Part shown: positions 54,256 to 64,000 of the stretch, one piece after another
Layout of the letters: each line of letters starts with the position of its first letter
Position numbering within the stretch: position 1 is the first letter of the stretch
NCBI RefSeq assembly: GCF_009914755.1
Contig: NC_060931.1
Strand: one strand, 5' to 3'
Source of the DNA: the human T2T-CHM13v2.0 reference genome, Homo sapiens
Length of the DNA: 64,000 bases
Translations under genes and position numbers: made by a program
Notes under the pieces: model-generated
Databases searched by the model: none
What the model was told of the DNA's origin: nothing
Seen by the model: only the letters and a program-made list of their open reading frames with translations

Positions 54256-56924
54256 CTCATTTTCTACAACTGTGTACACACACACACTCACTTGCATCCA
54301 ATAAAAACAATCGTAGCAGATTTGCTTATTTAATGAACTTTATCCACATTATCTCTTCAAATTGCCAGGAGGCTGGAAAAATTAAGGGTATTCACCATGC
54401 CCAAAGTCCACCGGTATTCAGGCTTCAAAATTTTTTTTCTTTTTTTTTTTTTTCATTTTTGTTTTCAATGGGATTGTGAGACAACTGCAGTTTTAGTGCA
54501 GGAAGATTAAAAGTTATCTGAATTATTGTCCCTACCCCTTGGGACAATACATCACAATCTTACTGTGCAGACAGTGCTAAGTGCTGAGGCCAGAAGTGTT
54601 CAAGGAGAGGAGCAGAGGGAAGCAGGAGTTCCTGCTTCATTTCTGGTCCACTGACTATTACCCGTGGTCTCACCATCAGCAGCATCAGCAGCAATCTTTG
54701 GCTTACTGGTTTGCAAATATAGACGAGCCTAAGAGAGTGAGGAGGAGGCTGAGGCATGGCCCAGGGTGGAGGCAGAGCCTGGGGACCAGAAGCCATCAGG
54801 TAATTTAGTTAATGATGGTGATACCTGCTAGACTATGCTAAGGAATTACTGGGGAAGTCAGCTCCCTTCCTTGGAATTCATTTTCTTCATCTTTCAGAGA
54901 AAGACCATACTGTTCAGAGGTTATTTTTGAATATTAACCAGACTTCAAACATTCTCTTGCATTTTGATTTTTTTGGAGTTAGGGATTATAAAAAACATAA
55001 GCCACTGGGCCCCTTTATTTACATTTTCCTGAAAAACAATGAGAACCCTTTTGCGTATTTTCATAACAGGTCTGTCTCAACATCTTAAATTAAAAAATAA
55101 CCTGTTCTTTGGCTCTGAATATGGTTGGGTGATTAAGTCTGCTTCTAGGCTCTCCCACGAATATTTTTAAAAATGTAATTGCAAAAATCACAGTTGAGTG
55201 TAAGAAATATGTAACAGAAACACATTATTTAAACCCTAAGGTTTCTAGATTTTTAGAAAATTCCGAAGATGAGATGATTTGGCTACTAAGGTTTTAAAAG
55301 TATTAAACAAAAATATTGAAACATTAGTTCAACATTTCAATGCCAATTTATCACAAAGCAAACGGATTTGAGCCTATGGAGATCTTTCTTGCAAGACTTC
55401 AATGTCTTTCTGTAAAGATAACTAAAATAAATCCATACACTATTTAAAAAATTCTACCTACACTTAAATCTTAAGGTGAGTTGCCTTTTGTAGGTCAGAA
55501 GTAACCCATTTGTATGAGAAGATATATGACCATGTATATTTACAAGAGTAAACTTTTCTTCGCTTTCATTTTTGTCTTTGATATGGGCTGTTAACAACAT
55601 TTCAAGGTAGCTTGGCTTGTAGTGATGCTTAAATGTGTTCATTAAACTGCGGGCATCAGTTTAATATGAAGAAAAATGTCACAGGGTACTAGATCCTGGT
55701 ATTGACATAAGAATTCTGTACTCAACTAAACATGTTTGGTTTCTCTGGCTCTACACCGGGTTCTCACAAAAGTAGAACCAACTTTCATTTTGACCTTTCT
55801 GATTGTACCATTGTCGGAGGAGGAAGAAAACTTGCTCCAGGAGTGGGAAACTGGGGCAGGAATTGCCTTGTTCTGTACAACCTTAACAAAATTGCTGCAC
55901 TTTTTAGGGAAGGCTAGCCGAGCACAGGAATTCCTTCCCCTGAAGAAAAATCCGTAAGAGAAGCTGAGTTATCTGTGATTAAGGAATCAGGCTGAGTTGG
56001 GTTACCTGAATGGCCCCCTAGCCTGGTTCATCTATCTCTGCCAGGCGAGCTCTCCCTGCATCCCAGAGCACAAGACCAGCTTCTGTCCTGGCTCAGGCTG
56101 TGATTCTCCTTTTTCAAGATTCTAGGATCTACCAAGACCCTCCTCTTCTTCTGATCTTCATATTCTTTCTTTAAATGTGTTAATGTTCTCTCCTCAGGTC
56201 TCCACCTCTCAGTCTCCTTGAGGGGATTTAGATCTCTGCTTAGATTATGTATGGCTCCTATAGAGTTTTGAAGGCTCAGAGGGTCACCTGGTCACCCTGC
56301 TTCCAAGTTCAGATGAGGGTTCCAGGCAGAAGGTCCCACTTCTGTACCTGAGACATGCCTGACAGGGGTTTTAAAGACTTCATTCTTGGATTGTGTTAAA
56401 TTCGGGTCTAGATCCCAAAATAATCATTGTTTTCATAATAAAACCTATTGGGTTGAATCATTGGATATTGCCAATATTCTACTTTCTTTCTTTCTTTTTT
56501 TTACAAATATGGTCGATTCATATGGCTCTGCCTAATATACCTAATACTGCAAAATGTTTTGAGACATCAATGTAGAAATATTGAAGACTTTTGTTTAATC
56601 TTTTTATTGTATGTTTCATGTCCCCTAATGCTTTTCCCTGTACCCTGCATACCTGTACTAAGACTACACGTCCTCACACATAAACAAGCACACACATGAC
56701 TTATTCTTCTGAGACCTTATAGAGTTAAGAAGTCGGATGACAATGAGGTAACACATTTGCATGAATGAAAGGCTCAGGAAGTTCTACTCACAACGCTCTT
56801 GTCCTTTGTTCAGGATATCCACCCCTCCTCAGCTCCACACCCCCACTTCCAAGCTCTGCCAGAAATCATGTTATTAGCTTCAAAGTGATGAAGACAACGT
56901 CATCCAACAGGCTTGGTGGCAGGC

Positions 56925-57160
56925 TGCCTGTGTATGGAACAAGCCCCAACTTTGAGTCACAGAGATCTGGCTTCTGCATTTGATTTGATTATTTCTTGGT
57001 GGGTGATCTTGGGCAAGTTACTTCGCCACAGTGTGTTTCAGTTTTCTTATATGTAAGATAGGGATAATAATATCTACTTTATAGAGTTGAGGGGGCCAAA
57101 TGAGATAATGTATGTAAAGTGCCTGAAATGGTGCCTAAGACATACATAATAGGTGTTCCA
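56925..57160 (+). mobile_element. MIR, near full length
   Basis: tttgagtcacagagatctgg...gtgatcttgggcaagttactt...aaatgagataatgtatgtaaagtgcct. Confidence 0.88.
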
Positions 57161-57457
57161 AACTAATGTGAGAGCAAAGCAAGAAAATGGAATTTCCTAC
57201 TTCCTGGACCTTCTAGCCTCCATACCTACCCATATCGCACGTGGCTCAGAAATCAAAGAGGTGCTTAACTTGGAGAGACACGTGGCCTGGGACAGCAGGT
57301 GCCTTAGTGGTAGGCAGTTAGCTGAGTGAGTCATGACTGGCAGCTGCTTTGGGAACGGAAACTTGTAGCTCAAGAGGCACAGAAGTAGTGTTGTGGCATT
57401 AGTGACATTTGGACTGTTCCCTCAGGGTAGTTAGGATTTAGACATCCCCCAGAGGCC

Positions 57458-57630
57458 AGTACAGTCTCACTAAATTTTCTGCCATGATGGAAATGTGCAA
57501 AAATCTGCACTATCCAAAATGTGGCCACTGAGCACTTAAAGTGTGGCTAGTGTGGTGGAGGAGAGAAGTTAAAATTTAATTTTAATGCATAAAGTCACGT
57601 GTGGCTGTTTGTTACAGTATTGGCCATCTC
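57458..57630. mobile_element. MER3 hAT MITE
   Basis: ttttctgccatgatggaaatgt...atctgcactatccaa...tgtggccactgagcacttaaagtgtggctagtgtg. Confidence 0.85.
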
Positions 57631-58865
57631 AAAACTAGGCAGAGGAAACCGCAAAAGTGAATCCTAAGAGCAGAAAGTCCTGGAGCAGACATGGGGCAGC
57701 CGCAGGTGATATAGCTTGGCTGAAGCATAGGCTGTGGGAAGGCAATGGGAGACAGATGTGAGGCCAATTCTGCCAGCTTAAAGGGTTTAAATGTTCTTTT
57801 CTAGGCAGTAGGAGCTACAGAGGGTTTGTGAGCAAGGGAGTTACACCATGTGGCTCTACTTCAGCGTGGTTAGTCTAACAGGAGGTAGGGGAGTGGAGTC
57901 TCTCTGATGAGACCAGATAGAGGCTGGAAAGGGAAACACTTAGAAGTCTTACTACAAAAACCCCGGTGGAGCTCTCACAGCGTGCTGGGCATCGTGCAAA
58001 CAGCTCTAGCTTGTTTATTGTTGGTTAAGTTGCATGCCTTCAAGTAAGCACAAAAATAAAAATCGGAATCAAGGTGTTTGTTTTTTAATGGGCAAAGCCC
58101 ATTAAAAATGTATTTGCCTTCACTATACCACTGTTTTAAGTCTCCTGGAGGGAAGAAAGGAAAGCCGGCTTCCTTTGGCAGCGTAATGAGATAGATGACA
58201 GAACTGACACCTAGATTAGGCCTTGATGTTAATCTGGCTGGATGTGGCTTTTCTCATGACTTGATAGGACTCTTTTTTCTTTCCACATGCATTTCTGCAT
58301 GAGACCCCCCCTACTTTGTTTCCAGACCCAAAGCCTTCTACCGTCTTACTGCCTTGATGAAAGCCCAAATGATGCCATTGCAGAGCCCAGTAGTTTGATT
58401 ATTTGTGGACCAGTAGAGTTACTGTCTGCATTTAAGGAACTCTCCAGAAAGGTAGAGATATATTTTCTCCTTGAGATCTCTTCAATTTGCAGGCAATTAC
58501 ATGATGGCTTCCTCTCCCCGACCCCTTTGATAACCTTCCCTTGAGGGGCACTTCAGGAATCAGGCTGCCTGGTTTGGAACCCTGGCTTACTGTTTGAGTT
58601 TGTGCAAGTTACTGACATACCACCTGCCTCACGGTCTGGTTTTAAAGACTTAGTGAGCTAAGGTACCCAAAGTGCTTAGAACTGTGCAAGACACTTACTG
58701 CATATAGGTTTATAATTATTATTACTAACCAACAATTATTTGTACACCTGCCTTGACCTACCAGTTTACAGTGGGGTACGGGCAGGAGTACTCTAAGGTG
58801 GGAAGAAGCAGCAACTATCAAAAGACCATTTACAATATTTGGGAGTGAATCTAAAGGAATTGATA

Positions 58866-58995
58866 GCCCAGTACTGCGGCTCAAGCCTGTAATCCCAGTG
58901 CTTTGGGAGGTCGAGGTGGGAGGATTACTGGAGCCCAGGAGTTCCAGGCTGCAGTGAGCTATGATTGCAGCACTGCACTCCAGTTTGGGTGACAG
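58866..58995 (+). mobile_element. Alu monomer (FRAM-like), no A tail
   Basis: gcctgtaatcccagtgctttgggagg...gagcccaggagttccaggctgcagtgagctatgattgc...cactgcactccag. Confidence 0.88.
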
Positions 58996-59215
58996 CTGGG
59001 AAAGAAGCCATAGAAATGCTAAAAAATGCAGAGGAGTTAAGCTGGAAGGGAAGGGGAGAGGATAGCTTTCCAGGAACTGGAAAGCACAGTTTTTATATGC
59101 GTGGGAGCAAAATTTGCACTTTCAGGCAGATGACCCCGGCTTAACCACTGTCAGGGGCACAGCAGGCTCTTCTTGAGTTGCTGCAACCGGGGCTGTGCTT
59201 CTCCGGCGGTCCCAG

Positions 59216-59234
59216 TGCTGCCACCTACAGGGTC
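59216..59234 (-). promoter_or_regulatory. CTCF-like motif in a CpG-retaining block
   Basis: Reverse complement CCTGTAGGTGGCAGCA; several CpGs in 59130-59310. Confidence 0.6.
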
Positions 59235-60027
59235 TGCGAGGCAGAGCGCGCCGCCCTCGTGTCTCTCGGGAGTCTGGGTGCTGGGCAGGAAGAGCAGGAC
59301 CAATACGTTCCTCACCAGCCATGCCATTAGCTCCTTTCTCTCACAGGCTTTGAATGCACCTGCCCCTAGACACAACAGTTCTGGGACACATTTCTAAACA
59401 TTATTTCTAAAAGAGGGGGATAAAGAAAGAAAATAAGACCAAGTTCCACACCCAGAAGAGAAAGTGCACATCGACATGTCACCACGTGCTGGGTGATGAG
59501 TTAGTGGTTTGGCATACGTTATTGCATTTAGTCCACAAAATAGATATCATCAATATTGTCATCCACGCTACAAGGGAGGTTAAAGAATCCAATACACAAT
59601 TGTTTAGAGCCTGGGCCACTCCAATTCTGAGGTCTGTATATGTCAGAACACACTACCTGACTTAAATTATTTTTCTATCTTTCCTAAGTATAAAAGCACA
59701 CATAATTAAGTTGACCAAACACGATCTTTGCACATGGTAAATGCCTCTTACCTTGACCTCTTGCTTTAAAAGCTGAGACATTTCTAATGAAGATGTTTTA
59801 GCAGATATAGTCACTTACATAAGTGAGTCAGCTTCTTCTATGCCAGGGCCTAAATCTTTGTCAATTAGTACATTACTTTTTATTTATTCAAGCCAACTTG
59901 AATGGATTGGTGTTGGAGATAAAAATACCAAACAAGGTGCCCTTTCTGGCTCTTACTAACTCAAACTCTCTATTAATTAATTGACATCTGGGCACACTTG
60001 TACTACAAATTGACCATCCTACGGTAG

Positions 60028-60190
60028 TAGCAGTGCTTCTCAAGCTTTAAAGTACATACCAACAACCCAGGAATCTTGTTAAAATGCCGATTTGGATTCA
60101 ACCAGTCTGGAATGGGGTCTGAGATTCTGCAGTCTCCCCAGTGATGTAGATGCTCCTGGTTCAGGAAATACATTTTGAGTTTCAAGGAGC
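60028..60190. mobile_element. MER5A-type MITE
   Basis: cagtgcttctcaagcttta...ggaatcttgttaaaatgccgattt...ggggtctgagattctgca. Confidence 0.82.
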
Positions 60191-60351
60191 TAGAAGATCT
60201 TGAAGTTCTTTTGAATCATCAAAATAAATTTTAATTGGTTTGCATATTAATTAACTGTGCAAGCAATTAAATTATGCTTTATTATTAATTATATTTTATT
60301 GTTTTCTAATGCTTTGAAAGTCAGTAAACTATATATTCCGCTTGCATATGT

Positions 60352-60788
60352 CATGATAGCAAAGACATGGAATCAACCTAAATGCCCATCAATGATAAAC
60401 TAGATAAAGAAAATGTGGCACATATACACCATGGAATACTATGCAGCCATAAACAAGAATGAGATCATGTCCTTTGCAGGGACCTGGATGGAGCTGGAGG
60501 CCATTATCCTTAGCAAAGTAACAGAGGAACAAAAAAGCAAATACCACATATTCTCCCTTGTAAGTGGGAGCTAAATGATGAGAACACATGGATGCATACA
60601 TGGGGACAACATACAATGGGGCCTATCGGAGGTTGGAGGGTGGGAGGAGGGAGAGGATCAGGAAAAATAACTAATGAGTACTAGGCGTAATACCTGGATG
60701 ATGAAATAATCTGTACAACAAACCCCCATGACATAAGTTTACCTATGTAACAAACTTGCACGTGTACCCCTGAACTTAATATAAAACA
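60352..60788 (+). mobile_element. L1PA (older primate, about PA13-16) 3' end
   Basis: atagcaaagacatggaatcaacctaaatgcccatc...aagtgggagctaaatgatgag...gtgtacccctgaacttaa. Confidence 0.93.
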
Positions 60789-62582
60789 ACCTTTTTTTAA
60801 CCCATTAGGACATTGAAGTCACCAGAACATTCTATTCTTTCATCTAGGCTGGATTACCACGTGTTATCTTTAAGAACTCTGTGGCTTGAAGGAATTTCGC
60901 CTTCAATCAAAGAGTAATTTAGGCACCATGAGAATTACTTTCCAAACTATAAGGGAAAGTAATGACTATACTAACAACAAGTTGTCAAAATTAAACTTCC
61001 AATTTTTCGGGTTTTTCAAGCCCACTCTTTTGCCCCTGAGGGAATTAACTGCACAGAAGACTAGATGAGGAGACCCTGTGGCCCACTTTAAAACCAAGAC
61101 GGCAATCCCATATCACCTAGATTTTGGGGGTTCATTAATGCTTACACTTATCAGTCTCCAGATGTTCACGGGCAAAAAGTAACACATTCACAGATGGTAC
61201 AGAGCAAACACTTATTATGATGCCCAAAGAACAAAAGCTATTGGTAGCAGTGAAGAATAAAGTGACCCACAAATAGGCTGCTATTTACTTGTTTGTTTTG
61301 TCTGGGGCCCATTTAATTGCGTCTGTTCGCACTACAATAGCTAATGCCCAGCCATTATTTCCATCATAAACCTCACTGGGGATGAGAAATGCAACAGAAC
61401 GAGATCCTTCTCATGAAATTGATTTTTTCCCTCCATCAGTTAAAATATTCAGCAAAGGTGTTGGGTTCTCCCCAACTCCTTTCCATTTACACAAATAAAA
61501 AATATATGTACATTTAAATGGTTAAAGGCTATTTTAAAAACATAAATGGCTGCCTTCTATGTTTTAGAGAATATAACGTCTCAAATTAGAGAAGTGGAAA
61601 CTGTGGGACTTTAATGTGAACAAAATGAATGTATGGCAAATTTAATGGGAATAAAGTACCTGCAGGCACGCAGTAGTTTTCAATAAGTGTGTATGTATTG
61701 AACTGAAGGGCCTTAGGACTGATTGCTAGGTTTGCCTAGCAAAGGCTGACACGGACTGTGAAGATAAGGGCAGGCTCCAGCATGGAGAAAGAGGCTGCTG
61801 ACATCCATGCCCTGTGATCTCAGGGATCCAGCAAGGCCAGCCTTTCCTGTTCTCTTTCTTCCTCTGCAGTTCTCGTTCTAGTGCCTAAAAAATGTCTACA
61901 TATAGCCTTAGTCCTTTAGGTGGAGGCATTGCTTATAACAGATGCTATAGTACCTAGATGTTGGCTGTATTGATTTTGCAATATTATTATTATTGTCAAT
62001 AATATCTATGCTGACCAACATTTACTCAGGGTCACCCATGTGGCAGACTTCAGGAAGAGAGGAAAACTCCTCAACTCAAGTTTTAAAAATCCAGGGGAAG
62101 AGCTGAGGTCACATTCCAAATCCTGGAACAATAAATGTGGTCAGAGAGATGAGAGGCTGTGATTGGCCCAGCATGGACCTTACGACTTCTGTGTTTGCTG
62201 GAAGTGTGTTTGGGAATGGGGAGTATAATGATTGGCAGAGTTCACTAAGACCACATATTTTGAGGAATGTTTCCTAAAGAAGGTGCATGCTCTCCTGGAA
62301 AAAAATTCATACACACCACAGCTTTGGGCAAGTTCTTACTTTATTTGAATTTCAGTAGGATTATCTGTAAATGGAGAAGTTGGATTAGATGCTTTTTGAG
62401 GGTTCTTTAATATCTAGAAGTCTCTAGTTTTGTTACCTTCTAAAATACAACATTATATAAAATAATTTCATATTCATCCCTGACAAGCAAGCAGAGGTGA
62501 TACTATCTCATCTTACTGGGTGGGAAAATTGAGGCTCACAAAGTTAATTAACTGGCCTCAAATCATTAGAATGTCACCCGGC

Positions 62583-63028
62583 CCATCTTAACTGTTTTTA
62601 AGCATACAATTAGTACTGTTTAATACTTTCACATGATTTTGCAATCAATCTCCAGAACTCTTTTCATCTTGCAAAACTAAAACTCTGCCCATTAGACAAT
62701 TCCCCATTCCTCCCTCCCTGCAGTTCCTGGCAACGACCTTTCTTCTTTTTGCCTCTGAATTTGCTACTGTAGGTGCCTCATATAAGTAGAATCACACAGT
62801 ATTTGTCTTTTGGTGATTGGCTTATTTCACTTAGCATAATGTCCTTAAGTTTCATCAATGTTGTAGTATGTATCAGGATTTCCTTCCTTTTTAAGGCTGA
62901 ATAATATTTCATAGTATATCCTCACCACATGTTGTTACTCATTTATCCCTTGAGGGGGACACTTGGGTTGCTTCCACATTTTGGCTACCACGAATAATGC
63001 TGCTATGAACATGGTTGTACAGATATCT
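62583..63028 (-). mobile_element. L1MB 3' UTR fragment
   Basis: ctccagaactcttttcatcttgcaaaactaaaactct...ggcttatttcacttagcataatgtcc...aataatgctgctatgaacatgg. Confidence 0.92.
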
Positions 63029-63249
63029 GAAAGTTGTTTTTTTTTTTTAAATAAAGAACATTGGAAGTCCCCCTAAATTTTATAAGATAGATGTAAATTA
63101 CATAAGATACTTATATCTTATAAGATATTTTTCTTGGCTCTGAAAGTGCTTGAAACATTAATAAATACAAAAATATATTAATTAATTAACACAGGTAACT
63201 ATTTACTGAGCACTTATTTCTTGTCTTTGGTATGTGCTAAATGCTTCAG

Positions 63250-63277
63250 ATGATTTCAGGTTTAGCTGCCAAGTAAC

Positions 63278-63321
<44 letters not shown>

Positions 63322-63757
63322 CAAGCATTAAAACAATGTAGGTGTTACTTTTCCCCTCACATTCAGGAAAGCCAGAGGCATCAGCCCAGGCTTCCATTGC
63401 ACTCCATGGTGTCAGAGTCTAATCTCATTTCTTGTCTGCCATTTCCCAGAGGCATTTTTCCCAAGGTATCCCCAGGGGAAAGATTTTGCTGGAGCCTTAC
63501 TTACATTATCATGTCTGTATTCCAGCCATCAGATTGGAGGAAGAGAAGAAGAAAGAGCATGTCCTTCCTTTAGTGACATTTCTCCATTTCTATCCCATTG
63601 GCCAGAAGTTAGTCATGGGATCACTACTACCTGTATGAAAGACTAAGAAAAATGATCTTTATTGCTGAGAGCCACATACACTGCACAAACTGGGGGGTTC
63701 TATCTTGAGAAAGAAGGAAAGACTAGATGTTGGGAGACAGCCGGGAGTCTCTGCCAG
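63250..63757 (-). mobile_element. MLT1J-type LTR containing a (CA)n tract at 63281-63318
   Basis: tatcccattggccagaagttagtcatgg...gatgttgggagacagc...gtctctgcca. Confidence 0.75.
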
Positions 63758-64000
63758 AGCAGCCATACATGTTAAATATCAACCTGGTAGTATACCTCCC
63801 TACGTAAGTAAAGTTGAACTGTTTCTGAGTCTATAGATAATCTTGAATGCTAATTCTGCAGTAACGTTGATTGTTCCCTCCTCTGTTGATGTTTACTCCA
63901 ATGAGATCAACTTAAAGTCTTGAAGCAGGAGAGCTTAAAGTAGAAGAGCTAGTGAAACCTAGAACAATAGGAGTGAGGCATTAGCTTAATATTCTGGTTC

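Noticed and set aside
54673-54693. HHQQHQQQ polyglutamine-like run
   Set aside because: Very short and resembles the cagcagcatcagc motif of a MER5 remnant

Overview
Primate (human-like) genomic DNA, intergenic or deep-intronic. I find no supportable annotated protein-coding gene, tRNA, rRNA or CRISPR array. The listed ORFs are mostly chance frames or translations of Alu/LTR/microsatellite sequence. The window is dominated by interspersed repeats: Alus (J/S-type, several with clear TSDs), MIR/L2/L3/old L1 fragments, MaLR and ERVL solo LTRs (MLT1, THE1, MER74-, LTR16-, LTR32-like) and hAT/mariner MITEs (MER58A, MER96B, MER5, MER45A, MER3, Charlie1, MADE1). Repeat family calls come from recalled consensus sequences, not from a search, and their boundaries are approximate unless a TSD is given. 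The best leads are all hypotheses. (1) A TATA/CArG promoter-like unit at ~38.6-38.9 kb whose short ATG exon splices in frame into an open exon at 40782, giving a candidate ~77-aa microprotein or lncRNA. (2) An unexplained A-skewed, degenerate ~130-bp-period array at 29.0-31.3 kb that hosts a nested-palindrome minisatellite and a probable retrocopy fragment. (3) A perfect 19-bp inverted repeat at 18705-18752. (4) Strong CTCF-like motifs in convergent orientation. (5) A likely Alu-recombination deletion scar at ~35.0-35.3 kb. I could not identify the locus.
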